A stretch of DNA of 64,000 bases from a virus, in IMG/VR virus record IMGVR_UViG_3300009184_000033, positions 68,045 through 132,044 of that record. One strand, 5' to 3'. Under the pieces are notes generated by a model. The model saw only the letters and a list, made by a program, of their open reading frames with translations. It searched no databases and was not told the origin of the DNA. This document shows, one piece after another, positions 37,099 through 48,500 of the stretch. Each line of letters starts with the position of its first letter. The first letter of the stretch is position 1. A program made the translations under genes and the position numbers.

Positions 37099-37772
37099 GG
37101 GATATCCAGGATGTTGCCGTGGCTCGTGATCACGCCCCATTTGCCATCATCCACGCAAGACGCGTTGCTGAACACCGTGCGCATACCGTGCACGGTCCGG
37201 GTCCCTGAGTTCCGGACATCACGGAAGCTGTGCACATGACCAAAGCACATGAGCTGGGGGTCGACCCGCTTCACCGCCTTGAACAGGGCGGAGTCGCCAC
37301 AGAGGTCATACTCATTGTCGCGACGGATAGTGGCATCAAGCACACTGAACGGCGGTCCGTGCGTGATCACCACGTCAACACCCTCAGGAATGGTGTCCCA
37401 CACACGGTTGATCGTGCCACGGTCCTTCATGTAGGACCAGTCTCCATACTTGGGTGTGAAGGGAGATCCCCAGAACCGCAGTCCAGAGATCTCCCTCTCC
37501 TCGGTGAGGAGGAGGTTGATGCCGCGGCTCTCTATGAGTTCACGGCTGACCAGCCCCTTCTCTACCGAGGTGTCATGATTTCCGGGGACGAACACCTTGG
37601 TCGGAATCGGGATGCATGCAAACCAGTCGATGAACGCCCGCATCTCTGGCTCATTCCGGTACGGGTCCCGGTAGTTTGATGCATCTCCAGAGTGGATGAC
37701 GATGTCAACGCCCTCAGGCACAACAAGCTGCCCGTGATTCATATGCGTATCAGAGATGTGCCAGACTTTCAT
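37083..37772 (-). CDS. Calcineurin-like metallophosphoesterase
   Basis: HISDTH, IHSGD, VPGNHD, ITHGPP, FGHVH. Confidence 0.92.
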   Translation of the reverse strand: MKVWHISDTHMNHGQLVVPEGVDIVIHSGDASNYRDPYRNEPEMRAFIDWFACIPIPTKVFVPGNHDTSVEKGLVSRELIESRGINLLLTEEREISGLRFWGSPFTPKYGDWSYMKDRGTINRVWDTIPEGVDVVITHGPPFSVLDATIRRDNEYDLCGDSALFKAVKRVDPQLMCFGHVHSFRDVRNSGTRTVHGMRTVFSNASCVDDGKWGVITSHGNILDIPCTKA

Positions 37773-38002
37773 GTTTTTCCGGTTTCTTGAGAAGGAAGGT
37801 TGATGATTGTCATCAAATGGGTCCAGTCTCCATTGAAATAGAAGATGTTCCCGTCAAGTAAGTAGTGGAAGCCAGTGCTGACAGGTTCGATGACAAGCAT
37901 CGTTCGATTGGCAATGTTCTCAAGGACCCATTGACGATCACTACGTGAGATATCTGTTCGCACATTATGCTCCCGGAGAACAACGAGATCTCCGGGCTTC
38001 AT
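37769..38002 (-). CDS. Small KOW/SH3-like protein
   Basis: MKPGDLVVLRE; ATGA overlap start. Confidence 0.7.
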   Translation of the reverse strand: MKPGDLVVLREHNVRTDISRSDRQWVLENIANRTMLVIEPVSTGFHYLLDGNIFYFNGDWTHLMTIINLPSQETGKT

Positions 38003-38217
38003 TTGGACTCCTTGACTTTGCGGCACCACGTACTGGGAACCGACCACCTCTCACCCTCGTGCAGTACCAGCAGCTCATCCCCGTACTTCGCATCACCCGG
38101 ACGCGACATGGTGGTCTGGATGATGAGGCCGATTCGGGCCCTCTCCCAGTCCATGGGGTCATCGACGCGAGACAGGGATTCAGGCCACACAAACATGATG
38201 AGGTCGCCGGGTTTCAT
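37999..38217 (-). CDS. Small KOW/SH3-like protein
   Basis: MKPGDLIMFV. Confidence 0.7.
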   Translation of the reverse strand: MKPGDLIMFVWPESLSRVDDPMDWERARIGLIIQTTMSRPGDAKYGDELLVLHEGERWSVPSTWCRKVKESK

Positions 38218-38224
38218 TTAAGCC

Positions 38225-39373
38225 CTAGAAGTCAGAGGCGCCGATCTGGTAATTGGGGCGACCCTTCGCCTCTTCTGTGAAGACAATGCGGAACTTGCTT
38301 CCATAGTCCTCGACATCGAAGACGTAGGTCCCCGAGAACGGATCGATACGCGTGAGATTGTCGGTGTGGAGCTCGAGATAGAGCGTCTCGTCAGAATCGT
38401 AGTCGTCCTCATCTTCCTCATCTCGGGACTTGGCTCGCTTGGCGACAACTTCCTTGATCCGCACCGAAATGCAGTTGTCGTACCGATCGGAAGAGATCAT
38501 GTGGAGAGGAGAAGCATCGAGCTGGGACGGAGACTCAACCTCCCACTTGCGACCCTTCTCGCCGGGAGTGGATACAGAGGTCTTCCACTTCGACTTCCCG
38601 CCGTGACCAATGGGCTTCACGTTGAGGATCTCAACGCATTCCTCGAAGGGCCCACCGTAGCGGTTGAGCTCATCTACTAGGACCTGCAGCATGTCGAAAT
38701 TGAACTCATCGCAGGTAGCGCTGAGACCGATGATGGGATCTGTGAAGCTTTGGTCATCCAGACAGTCCTCGCAGTACTCCTTGATGAAGGAGGCATCGAG
38801 ACCGCTGAAGGCGATCGCGTACCGGAGCCGGCTGGGGCGATTGTGGAAGAAGCCCTGCACCGAGTACTTGTCGTTGCAGGTGATGACCATGATCTTGTTC
38901 CGCGCCGTGTAGACGCCGTCAAAGAGGGTGAGAATCGACTCCTGCGCCTCCCGGTCATAGAGCTTCTCAAACTCGTCAAAGATGACAATCGCCGGCTGCT
39001 CGATTCCCTGGATCGTCCGCATGAAGCGCTCGTCCGAGAAGGGAGTGTTGACGATGATGACCGGAAGACCAGAGTTCACCGAGACCTGCTTCGCGAGGAG
39101 GGTCTTGCCGGAGCCCTTCACGCCACTGAGGAACACGCCCACCTGGGTCCCAGGCTGGCGATTCTCGAAGGTCTCGAGGATTCGATCCGCGTACCGGTTG
39201 GTCTTCCCGTAGAGCTTCTTGGGGAGGGTGAAGGGCTCGCTCTCCTCGAGGAAATACTCCTTCGTCAGGGGATTCTGGCAGACTGTGTAGTTTCCCGGCG
39301 GAAGCCTGTCGCGGACATCGAGACGGGCATCAGGAGTGAGGGACCAGGCGTTGTCATTCTTGAGGAACTTCAT
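38225..39373 (-). CDS. AAA+ ATPase
   Basis: GVFLSGVKGSGKT (Walker A), IVIFDEFEK (Walker B), NRPSRLRY. Confidence 0.88.
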   Translation of the reverse strand: MKFLKNDNAWSLTPDARLDVRDRLPPGNYTVCQNPLTKEYFLEESEPFTLPKKLYGKTNRYADRILETFENRQPGTQVGVFLSGVKGSGKTLLAKQVSVNSGLPVIIVNTPFSDERFMRTIQGIEQPAIVIFDEFEKLYDREAQESILTLFDGVYTARNKIMVITCNDKYSVQGFFHNRPSRLRYAIAFSGLDASFIKEYCEDCLDDQSFTDPIIGLSATCDEFNFDMLQVLVDELNRYGGPFEECVEILNVKPIGHGGKSKWKTSVSTPGEKGRKWEVESPSQLDASPLHMISSDRYDNCISVRIKEVVAKRAKSRDEEDEDDYDSDETLYLELHTDNLTRIDPFSGTYVFDVEDYGSKFRIVFTEEAKGRPNYQIGASDF

Positions 39374-39399
39374 GATTTTCTCTTTGTTGGAGTTTGAGT

Positions 39400-39639
39400 C
39401 TATTCTACTGAGTTGTAATTTTCAACTGAGATTAGTGTCCAGTGGTCAGTATCTAGAAATTTGATGCTTCCCTTCGCCAGGACTTCATAGTGACACCTGT
39501 TTGACCTGAGCCTGTGGTGCTCGACAACGTCGTGTGGTAGCGAGAACTGCTTGTGCATCTCTATCAGGATGCAGGGTTCATGAAACTCGCCGCTCTCATC
39601 CAGCGGTAGGAACAGCTTGCCCTTGTCAGCTTCACGCAT
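39400..39639 (-). CDS. Hypothetical protein
   Basis: Short overlap with upstream gene. Confidence 0.55.
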   Translation of the reverse strand: MREADKGKLFLPLDESGEFHEPCILIEMHKQFSLPHDVVEHHRLRSNRCHYEVLAKGSIKFLDTDHWTLISVENYNSVE

Positions 39640-39835
39640 CTGATATCAACCTCGTGAGACTGCGTATCGATTCCTCAGTCATCTCGCTGGTGTGTCCACC
39701 ATTGAACATGACCGTCCATGTGCCTCTGGACTCTGAGATCAGCAACATCATCTCAAAGCCCTCGCCTGGAGGTGTGAGCTTAAAGTACTTTTCCTTCCAG
39801 GTTCGGAGCTGTCCTGCCGACGTGTTGTTATGCAA
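39632..39835 (-). CDS. Hypothetical protein
   Basis: In-run ORF; start uncertain. Confidence 0.5.
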   Translation of the reverse strand: MHNNTSAGQLRTWKEKYFKLTPPGEGFEMMLLISESRGTWTVMFNGGHTSEMTEESIRSLTRLISDA

Positions 39836-39892
39836 GAAGCCTCCAAACCAGTGTAATACTGATCTGGAGGCTGTTCAAGCTCTTTTAGAATT

Positions 39893-40183
39893 TCAGGACT
39901 GCAACTTGTGCAGGAACCTCACTGGGATGCTGAGCTTCTGACCATTGATCAAGACCACATAATGGGTGTCAAAGTCATTCACGCCGAGGTGGTCCAGCTC
40001 AATTACCAGTCCAGAAACTCCGGGGATCAGCTTCTTCCTGGAGATCTTCGTGGCATAGCTTTTGTTGCTTTCCATGACTCTCTTTCTCTCATCGCCTGAA
40101 GTCCATCCCCACGGAGGCTCAATACCCTCACAGTCCCACGGCTCGATTGACACGAGGTCACCGCCCTGAAGCTTCTCGCTCAT
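39893..40183 (-). CDS. Small KOW/SH3-like protein
   Basis: LQGGDLVSIE..GLVIE..YVVLING. Confidence 0.6.
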   Translation of the reverse strand: MSEKLQGGDLVSIEPWDCEGIEPPWGWTSGDERKRVMESNKSYATKISRKKLIPGVSGLVIELDHLGVNDFDTHYVVLINGQKLSIPVRFLHKLQS

Positions 40184-40186
40184 GTC

Positions 40187-41680
40187 TCAGTACCGGTACT
40201 GATTCGACTTGTAGGGACCTTCGACGTCGACTCCAATGTAGCTTGCCTGACTCTCGGTAAGCTTCGTGAGCTTTGCACCGAACTTATCGAGGTGAAGTCG
40301 GGCAACCATCTCATCGAGGTGCTTCGGAAGCGTGACCACGCTCACATTGAGATCAGGAAGCTTGATGCGATTATGACCGTAGAGCTCAGAGAACTTGTGG
40401 AGGTCGATCTGGGCGAGCACCTGATTCGTGAAACTGTTGCTCATCACAAGGCTCGGGTGACCGGTCGCGCATCCAAGATTCACGAGTCGACCCTCGGCGA
40501 GGATCAGGATCTTTCGACCCGTGTCGTCAAACTCCCACTCGTGGACGCCTGGCTTCACTTCGGTCTTAGTAACCAGCCGATCACGGCGCATGCGCTCGAG
40601 GCCTGCCATGTCGATCTCATTGTCGAAGTGGCCAATGTTACAGACGATGGCTCCGTCCTTCATCTGGGACATGTGCTCGGCGTTAATGATGTTCTTGTTC
40701 CCAGTTGCGGTCACAAAGATGTCAGTGTGCGGGAGCGCATCCTCGACCGTAGTGACCTCGAGGCCCATCATACATGCCTGGAGCGCACAGATCGGGTCAA
40801 TCTCAGTGACTGCAACTCTGGCATACTGGCCTCGGAGGCTATCTACTGAACCCTTACCCACGTCACCGTAGCCACAGACCAGGACCCGCTTGCCTGAGAC
40901 CAGCACGTCCGTAGCACGATTGATGGCATCGACGAGAGAGTGGCGGCAACCATAGAGGTTGTCGAACTTCGACTTGGTCACCGAATCGTTGACGTTGATC
41001 GCCGGGAACAAGAGGGTGCCGGCATCGCGCATCTCGTAGAGCCGGTGCACGCCAGTAGTAGTCTCTTCAGAGACACCCTTGATGTTCGCCGCCAGAGGAG
41101 TCCAGAAGTTGTTACCCTTCTCCCTGCGGACATCATGGATGAGCTGGAAGATGACGGCTTCCTCCTCCGAAGATGCAGTAGCTAGGTCTGGCAGCGTATC
41201 ATTCTTCTCGTGCTGGTAGCCGAGATGAACTAGAAGGGTCGCATCACCGCCATCATCGAGGAGGAGCGTGGGACCAGAACCATCAGGCCAGGCGAGCGCC
41301 TGAAGGGTGCACCACCAGTACTCCTCGAGGGTCTCACCAGCCCATGCAAAGACCCGGGTGCCGGTGGAAGCAATAGCTGATGCCGCGTGGTCCTGCGTCG
41401 AGAAGATGTTACAGCTCACCCACTGCACATCTGCGCCGAGGTCTTTAAGGGTCTCGATCAGCACAGCCGTCTGGATAGTCATGTGGAGTGAACCCATGAT
41501 CCGGGCGCCCTGCAGGGGCTTCTCATCCTTGAAGCGATTGCGCACGGACATGAGCCCGGGCATCTCCTTCTGGGCGAGCTCAATCTCCTTCCGACCCCAC
41601 GTCGTCGTCTTGTCAGAATTGTCCTTGACTCTGCTCTGCATGCCCGAGAAAAGCTCGAGGCCAGTATTCATGAATTTCAT
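40187..41680 (-). CDS. ahcY: S-adenosylhomocysteine hydrolase
   Basis: [61 protein letters not shown]; start taken at TAATG overlap. Confidence 0.96.
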   Translation of the reverse strand: MKFMNTGLELFSGMQSRVKDNSDKTTTWGRKEIELAQKEMPGLMSVRNRFKDEKPLQGARIMGSLHMTIQTAVLIETLKDLGADVQWVSCNIFSTQDHAASAIASTGTRVFAWAGETLEEYWWCTLQALAWPDGSGPTLLLDDGGDATLLVHLGYQHEKNDTLPDLATASSEEEAVIFQLIHDVRREKGNNFWTPLAANIKGVSEETTTGVHRLYEMRDAGTLLFPAINVNDSVTKSKFDNLYGCRHSLVDAINRATDVLVSGKRVLVCGYGDVGKGSVDSLRGQYARVAVTEIDPICALQACMMGLEVTTVEDALPHTDIFVTATGNKNIINAEHMSQMKDGAIVCNIGHFDNEIDMAGLERMRRDRLVTKTEVKPGVHEWEFDDTGRKILILAEGRLVNLGCATGHPSLVMSNSFTNQVLAQIDLHKFSELYGHNRIKLPDLNVSVVTLPKHLDEMVARLHLDKFGAKLTKLTESQASYIGVDVEGPYKSNQYRY

Positions 41681-42846
41681 TAGATCTCCAGGTAACGCTT
41701 GATTGTTGTAACCATGTCCAACTTCTCCCAAGTGAATTCGCCTCGCCCAAAGTGGCCATACGCGGCGGTGCGCTGGTATCCCGGCTTGCGCAGGTCCAGG
41801 CGCTCAATGATTCCCTTCGGCTTCAGCGGGAAGACGTCCTTGACGCAGCGAATGATCTGATCCTCGCTTACCCTGTTGGTGCCGAAAGTATCGACCATCA
41901 CGCTCACCGGTTCTGCGACGCCAATCGCATAGGAGAGCTGGACCAGCGCTCGAGAGCAGGCTCCGGAAGCGACGAGGTTCTTTGCGATGTACCGACCCAT
42001 GTAAGCCGCCGAACGGTCAACCTTGCTGGGATCCTTGCCCGAGAAGGCGCCACCGCCGTGGGCACCGTGGCCACCGTAGGTGTCGACGATGATCTTGCGA
42101 CCCGTGAGACCCGAGTCTCCCATCGGTCCGCCGATCTCAAACTTGCCCGTGGGGTTGACATAGAACTTCGTCTTGTTGTCGATCATGTCAGAGGGCAGGT
42201 ACCGCTTGATGAGACCAGAGACGACCTGCTCATAGATCTCGCCGTGGGCACGGGGCTCGTGCTGGGTAGACAGGACGACGGTATCGATGCGTGAGATCCT
42301 CGAGTCTCGGTACTCCACCGTCACCTGGGCCTTGCTGTCCGGACGGACCCAGGACCAGTCGCTGTCGGTCTTGCGGAGCTTCGAGAGGTTCCGCATCAGG
42401 TCGTGGCTCCACTGGATCGACGCCGGCATGAGCTCTGGCGTCTCAAGGACTGCGTAGCCGAACATCATGCCCTGGTCGCCAGCACCCATCTCAGAGAACA
42501 GGCCAGAGCCCTCATCGACGCCCTGCGCAATATCGGGAGACTGCTCCTCGAGGGCGACCATGACGGCGCAGGTGTTGCCGTCGAATCCCTTGTCAGAGTG
42601 GTTGAATCCGATGTCGTTGATCGTCTTCCTCACCACCTTTGCGATGTCGACCTTGACTTCAGACGGCACGGTGATCTCTCCAGCTACAACGACCAAGCCG
42701 GTCTTCACGAGGGTCTCGCAGGCCACCCTCGAGTTAGGATACTGCTGGAGGTAAGAATCCAACACAGCGTCAGAGATCTGGTCACAGATCTTATCTGGGT
42801 GCCCCTCTGATACGGACTCAGATGTAAACAGGTAGTTCTTCGGCAT
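41680..42846 (-). CDS. metK: S-adenosylmethionine synthetase
   Basis: [54 protein letters not shown]. Confidence 0.97.
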   Translation of the reverse strand: MPKNYLFTSESVSEGHPDKICDQISDAVLDSYLQQYPNSRVACETLVKTGLVVVAGEITVPSEVKVDIAKVVRKTINDIGFNHSDKGFDGNTCAVMVALEEQSPDIAQGVDEGSGLFSEMGAGDQGMMFGYAVLETPELMPASIQWSHDLMRNLSKLRKTDSDWSWVRPDSKAQVTVEYRDSRISRIDTVVLSTQHEPRAHGEIYEQVVSGLIKRYLPSDMIDNKTKFYVNPTGKFEIGGPMGDSGLTGRKIIVDTYGGHGAHGGGAFSGKDPSKVDRSAAYMGRYIAKNLVASGACSRALVQLSYAIGVAEPVSVMVDTFGTNRVSEDQIIRCVKDVFPLKPKGIIERLDLRKPGYQRTAAYGHFGRGEFTWEKLDMVTTIKRYLEI

Positions 42847-42847
42847 G

Positions 42848-43279
42848 TTACCACTCCTCCCCAAGACCGACCCAGTCCTTGTACTTCTCTTCTCCGCCGC
42901 GGGTCTTCCAGTCAGAGTCGATTGTGAGCTTCGAGCTGATTCCACCTCGAGGATTGAACACCATCACGACCCGGAGCCGGTCTGGCTCGTACGCTGCCAT
43001 GAGATCGTCGTAGACGACATTGATCAGCCGCTCATAGGAGATGATCTTCTCGCGGAACTGGTGGAGATAGTACTTCAGAGACTTGAGCTCCACCACCTTG
43101 GAATTCGGATAGATGGTGATGAAGAGGTCTGCGAAATCTGGCTGGTCCTTGACACCGAGAAACGTTACCTCGGGTGACTTGATCTTGACCTCGTAGCCCT
43201 TGCTCGAGGGATTGGGAATTGCCTTCAGGATAGAAGGGTCGCTCCAGACTCTTGACAATTGTCCTCCTTGATTTGACAC
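42848..43279 (-). CDS. QueF-like T-fold protein lacking the catalytic Cys
   Basis: [35 protein letters not shown]; protein contains no Cys. Confidence 0.85.
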   Translation of the reverse strand: MSNQGGQLSRVWSDPSILKAIPNPSSKGYEVKIKSPEVTFLGVKDQPDFADLFITIYPNSKVVELKSLKYYLHQFREKIISYERLINVVYDDLMAAYEPDRLRVVMVFNPRGGISSKLTIDSDWKTRGGEEKYKDWVGLGEEW

Positions 43280-43310
43280 TATAATCGCTGCGTGGGAATC
43301 TTATAGAGAT

Positions 43311-43649
43311 TCAGCCCAGCTCGCTCCAAGTTCCGTCTTCGAGCTCGATGTTATTGTTGCCGAGAAAGTTCACGAGCGCGTCCCAAGCCTCGCCACTCTC
43401 CTCGTCATCGAACAGGACATAGGTGGAGCCATCGGCAAAACCAGACAGGCCGCTGATCTCACCACCTTTCTGCTCATAGAACTTGACGACTCGCCAAGGC
43501 GTCACACCGTACTTCTCCTCGAACTCGTACCCGAATTCGCTGTCATACTGCTCGCCATCCCACTCCTCCCACTGCTCGAGGAGCCCCAGCTTCTCAGCGA
43601 CGCTGGAATCGATCTCAAAACCAACAGCACTCTTTGGATAGTAACGCAT
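43311..43649 (-). CDS. Acidic hypothetical protein
   Basis: Start reassigned (AGGAGG RBS). Confidence 0.65.
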   Translation of the reverse strand: MRYYPKSAVGFEIDSSVAEKLGLLEQWEEWDGEQYDSEFGYEFEEKYGVTPWRVVKFYEQKGGEISGLSGFADGSTYVLFDDEESGEAWDALVNFLGNNNIELEDGTWSELG

Positions 43650-43674
43650 CTTCCCTCCTGGAGGCTGAGACAAG

Positions 43675-43716
43675 AAAGCCTCCGGTACCAGAATCTAACT
43701 GGAGACCGGAGGCTTT
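43675..43716 (-). terminator. Intrinsic terminator hairpin
   Basis: aaagcctccggt..accggaggcttt 12-bp stem. Confidence 0.7.
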
Positions 43717-43730
43717 ACATCGCGGGAAGA

Positions 43731-43925
43731 TTAGTCTATCGCATCCTTGGCAAGCTGGAGCGCCATCCTCGTGATGAGCGCCTTGATAGCCTTACCCTCT
43801 TCAGGTGTGATTCTGACCTTTCCGTCGTCATCTTTCTTCAGCGCCTTGTTAAGGAGCTCAACGAGCTTGGCAGCGTCTGGTGCGATGGCAAGCAATTCTT
43901 CTGGTTTTAGAGCCATTGTAAACAT
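43731..43925 (-). CDS. Small hypothetical
   Basis: GGGAGG RBS; ATATTTA upstream. Confidence 0.65.
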   Translation of the reverse strand: MFTMALKPEELLAIAPDAAKLVELLNKALKKDDDGKVRITPEEGKAIKALITRMALQLAKDAID

Positions 43926-43955
43926 CCTCCCTTAGCAGATCCGATCTGCTAGTGA

Positions 43956-43962
43956 TAAATAT
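43956..43962 (-). promoter_or_regulatory. ATANTTA motif in divergent intergenic region
   Basis: ATATTTA followed by hairpin tagcagat-cgg-atctgcta. Confidence 0.5.
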
Positions 43963-43976
43963 GTTGGAGGGTCAAC

Positions 43977-44465
43977 ATGGATACACCAGCAGAGATAGTA
44001 AATCACGAAATTGCAACACCGGCGATTGGGCCTGAGGCACCGCCAGAAATGATTGCTGCACAGCCAGCGGTCGAAACTACCGAAATAGTCGAAGCGCCTG
44101 TTACGACTGGAGCGAAAGTTTATCCAAGCCTGTATGACACTATTCCGACAACAATTGCGGCGATCGCGATCGGTATTGGAATCATCGGCGGAATCCAGTG
44201 GACGGTAAGGAAGATCTTCTCTTCGGAAAAGATGGAGCACAAGGCGCTCACGCAGTTCGTAACTGCGATGTTCGCCCTTATTGTTGGCGTCTGGATAGCA
44301 GACAAGCTCATTGCAGGTCCCTCTACCGAACTGCTTCTTCCTGAAGAAAGCACACAACTGCTTACGTTCATCAAGGACATCACGCTCATGGTGTTCAGCT
44401 ACTACTTTGGCACTAAGGCACAGGTTCCTTCTGACGTTGTCGAGAGCGAGGTGATCGATGGCTGA
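43977..44465 (+). CDS. Multi-pass membrane protein, holin-like
   Basis: Three hydrophobic helices, VFSYYFGT C-terminal motif. Confidence 0.55.
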   Translation: MDTPAEIVNHEIATPAIGPEAPPEMIAAQPAVETTEIVEAPVTTGAKVYPSLYDTIPTTIAAIAIGIGIIGGIQWTVRKIFSSEKMEHKALTQFVTAMFALIVGVWIADKLIAGPSTELLLPEESTQLLTFIKDITLMVFSYYFGTKAQVPSDVVESEVIDG

Positions 44466-44928
44466 TCCATTAGCACAGATCCTGGAAGCATCAGGCGGTG
44501 GAAATGTCTGGGCAGTGCTTGGACTTGCGGTCTCCGGTGGTCTAGGCAAGTACGCCTGGGACTTCTACAAGAAGAAGGCAGACCTCAATTTCAAGGCCAA
44601 CGACAATGTCCGTAAGGACGTCAAGGAAGAGAAGCTCCTCGATCGCAAGGAACGGAACGAGTTCAAAGACGACCTGAAGGAGCGCGTCGCCGCTCTTGAA
44701 GTGAAGCTCGAGGCGGCTGTGAAGGCAAAGGAGGACCTCCTCGAGCAGGTTGGTGAGCTTCGCGCAAAGCTGGCCAAGATTGAGACAAAGCTCGAGATCC
44801 TCCTTGCAGGTGGAAAGGTAGCACCAGAGCCACCAGCTCCAGAGCCTCCGCCAAAGAAGACTGCTGCAAAGGCAAATCCGGCATCAAAGCCAGCGGCAAA
44901 GGCCGCAAAGCCAAAGAAGAATGCCTGA
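44458..44928 (+). CDS. N-terminal TM + coiled-coil protein
   Basis: WAVLGLAVSGGLG then long coiled coil, P/K/A tail. Confidence 0.65.
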   Translation: MADPLAQILEASGGGNVWAVLGLAVSGGLGKYAWDFYKKKADLNFKANDNVRKDVKEEKLLDRKERNEFKDDLKERVAALEVKLEAAVKAKEDLLEQVGELRAKLAKIETKLEILLAGGKVAPEPPAPEPPPKKTAAKANPASKPAAKAAKPKKNA

Positions 44929-45559
44929 CTGCACAATCAAGTCTGGGGAAATTGTCAGCCTCGAAGACCTGAGGCTGAATGACCCCAACTGCACAATCGA
45001 GGCTGGGGTCATAATCAGGCCACCTTTAGCTCCAGAAGTTGAGTCTGTCGATAAGAAGGCAGAAACAAAGCCTGCCAAAGTCAAGAAACAGGCAGAAATC
45101 AAAAAGACAGAAGCAAAGCCTGAAGAAGTTGTTGCAAATGTAGAGGCGCCGAAAGTGGCGCCACAGAAGAAAGTGGTCACCAAAGAGGTGATCGAAGTGC
45201 CGCAGCCTGTCATCAACAATGGGCTGTCTTCAAGTGAAATTGCTGCCGGTGCGGCGGTGCTTGGTGTTGCCGCCATAGGTGCCGCAGCGGCAACTTCTGC
45301 CGCAGGAGGAATTTCATCGATACAAGCCAAGATCGCATCGATGTTCGGCTCTAAGGGCGCAATTGCTGGCGCGGCAGCGGTAACCGCTGGTACGATCGTG
45401 GCAGTCAAGGCACTGGAATCAAAGATGGGCAAGCTTGAGCAGGATATGTCAAAAATGAAAGAGGAGGTCGGTGGTGCCGCCTCCTCTATCGATAAGATTG
45501 ACGAGCTACTTGACCGGCTCAGCAGAGACGGTAACGACAAACTCGACCCGCCTGTTTAG
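44921..45559 (+). CDS. Membrane protein with K/E linker, Ala/Gly TM and coiled coil
   Basis: Coupled to previous gene; overlaps convergent 45506..49288 by 54 nt. Confidence 0.6.
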   Translation: MPDCTIKSGEIVSLEDLRLNDPNCTIEAGVIIRPPLAPEVESVDKKAETKPAKVKKQAEIKKTEAKPEEVVANVEAPKVAPQKKVVTKEVIEVPQPVINNGLSSSEIAAGAAVLGVAAIGAAAATSAAGGISSIQAKIASMFGSKGAIAGAAAVTAGTIVAVKALESKMGKLEQDMSKMKEEVGGAASSIDKIDELLDRLSRDGNDKLDPPV

Positions 45560-48500
45560 GGCCTTGCCAGCTGGCGTTCCAGAGGAATCGATCGGAGACT
45601 CATCACCCTTGCCCTCGATCGAGATCCTCTCGGTCGAGATTCCTTTTCCAGCGAGATAGTCGGCGGCAACCTTTGCCCTCTCGTATGAGAGCTCGTCAGG
45701 ATGCTTGTACTCAATCTCAGAGGAATCAGCATAACCAACTACCTTGACTCCAAATCCAGGTCGAGAGTTCAAGATAACCCAAACGCCATCGAGTGTTGCT
45801 TGTCCCCTGGCGTTCAGCTTGGAATCTCCAGCCTTGAAACCTATGCCGATCTCTTGCTTCGGAGCCGTGACCGCGTCTGGCGCAGCTGGAACAACTATCA
45901 CTATCGGCTGCTCGTACACGGTGACTGACTTGCAGTCGCATGCTGGAGCTGGTGGGGGTATGACCAGAGCTGGGGCTGGAATTACTTCAGGTTTATCATC
46001 AGAGCCAAAGGTCAACTGAGCTGATAGTTGCCAGTCGGGGTCTCCTGGCTGGCGGATGATTCCCTTGCTTCCCGCGACTCCCACGGAGAAGTTTCCTATT
46101 GTCCAGTCGAGTGATGTCCCCACAAAGAGCGAGGAAACTGGTCTCTCACCGATGTTGTAGTAGGCTTGCGTATCGACGCCAACCGTGAAGTTACCAAGAC
46201 CGTAGGCAGCTAGAGCGTTAAGGTAAGGACCGTCTCCGAGCTCGTAACCCTCGAGATCAATTTCTGGGTAAACAAGGTAACCACCACCAGCTGTAAAGCT
46301 TAGATCCCCGACCTGTCCCTCGGCACCGGCCTCGACCTGCATCACTGTGTTCGGGTGCGCGACCCCGAGCCCAACGCCAGTGGGAACAACGACCGCGAGA
46401 TCGCCGTAAGCTCCCCAGCCGTCCTCTCCGAATGCCTTTGTATATCCACGAGCTCCACCCCAGGCGTCTCCGATTCTTGGTACACCATCCTGCATAATAG
46501 ATCCCGGGAGACCCACATCGAAGGAGAAGTGATCGAAAGTGTACCTATTTGTCGTCCAGCCCCAGAAGGTGTCACCGATGACGACCGTCTCAGTGCCGTC
46601 TGGATTCACATAGGAGAGCGGGTCAGTAACGATACCGCCGACCACTGCCGATTCCTCACCCTTGAATACCGAGGCTCCCCTCGGAGGAAGAGGAACCACG
46701 CTCATCTCTGGGACCTCACCGCCTGAAGCGCCCATCAATAGTGGAGTACCCAGGATAGCAGCCATGAGACCGAGGCCACGTCGCCTCACCGAGGCGAGGA
46801 GGGCAGCTCCAAGCAAGATGATTCCACCTGATGGTCCACCACCTGTCGTTGAGCATCCGCCAGGAACGTACTTACCCACAGCTGGCTTGACTGGATCTTC
46901 TACGGGGTCTGTGTCGGTATCAACTGCTGTGTCGATGCCTGAATCAATCCCCGAGTCTATTCCGGAATCGATCCCTGAGTCGATGGCAGTATCGACTGCT
47001 GTGTCACCAGTATCTACTGGTCTGTCGTCCACTGGGTCGCATGCGTCTCCGATTCCGTCACCGTCAATATCCGTCTGATCATTAGGCTCACCGAAGCAGT
47101 TGTCGCTGTCGTCGGCGTATGTGTCACCGTCAGCATCAGAGTCACAGAAATCTCCAATACCGTCGTGATCGAAGTCTAGCTGCTCGTCGTTCGGATAGTC
47201 AGGGCAGTTGTCGGCAAGTCCGCAGACTCCGTCAGAATCGACATCGTTCGATGGATCTCCGAGGCAAGTGTCCGATCCATCGCAGACTCCATCACCATCG
47301 GCGTCGTTGAACGGATCGTATGGGCATGGGTCTATGTCAGCGCACTTGTCGTCAGAGTCGACGTCATCTTCCGGATCAAGGGGGCATGCGTCGCATCCGT
47401 CAGGGACAGTGTCGAGGTCAGAGTCGACAAGGTCATCAGAGCCTGCGCAGATGTCGATATCTCCACAGACTCCGTCCGCGTCCGAATCATTCTCAGCATC
47501 AGCTGGGCAGATGTCGACGTCTCCACAGTTTCCGTCCTCATCAGCATCGTTCATGGGATCAAGCGGGCAAGTGTCTGCCGATTCGCAGAGTCCATCGCTG
47601 TCACGGTCATCGAGCGCGTCCGATGGACAGGCGTCGACGTCTCCGCACACCCCATCATCATCTGCATCGTTCAGCTCATCGAGCGGACAGGCATCACAGT
47701 CATCAGAAAGACCATCAGAGTCTACGTCCGCGACGTCGTCGAAGCCAGGGCAGATGTCTGCAGAGTCGCAGGAGCCGTCTCCATCAGAGTCATCTGCTGA
47801 GTCGGTCGGGCAGGTGTCGCATCCGTTCGGAACAGAGTCGCCGTCGACGTCAAGCAGGTCATCGGCGCCTGGGCAAATGTCGTCCGAATCACAAGAACCG
47901 TCAGCGTCAGAGTCATCAAGGGCGTCGAATGGACAGGTGTCACAACCATCTGGGACAAAGTCCAAGTCGGTGTCCATCAGGTCATCAGACCCAGGACAGG
48001 CCTCGTTGTTTCCGCAGACAGTGTCCTCATCCTCATCGTCGAGAGGATCGTAGATGCAGATATCACATCCGTCTGGAGTTCCATCTGAGTCAGAGTCTAC
48101 GATATCGCTAAACCCTGGGCATGTGTCGAAGTCACCGCAGATTCCATCTAGGTCTTCGTCATCGAGAGGATCATTAGGGCAAACATCGCATCCGTCAGGG
48201 GTAAGATCTGAATCTGCGTCAGCAAGGTCATCGTATCCAGGGCAAATGTCGGTATCGCCACAGATACCATCAGCATCCGCATCGTTTTCAGGATCGGTCG
48301 GGCAAGTGTCCTCAGTGTCAGGTATGCCGTCAGAATCTGCATCTGGAATCACGGGTGCCTCGGCACATTCCGTCGCAGCGGTGATCGCAGAGTCATCAAG
48401 TGCATAGACAACCCTGAATGTCTCAGACTGTCCAGGTATCATATCACCTATGCGGACTGCAAGAGAGATTGCCTGATCTGCGGTGGTTGTGGATCCAACT

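Noticed and set aside
46900-48350. Repetitive DNA resembling an array
   Set aside because: Protein-level TSP3 and DSGI repeats with synonymous variation; no constant repeat/unique spacer pattern, so not CRISPR.
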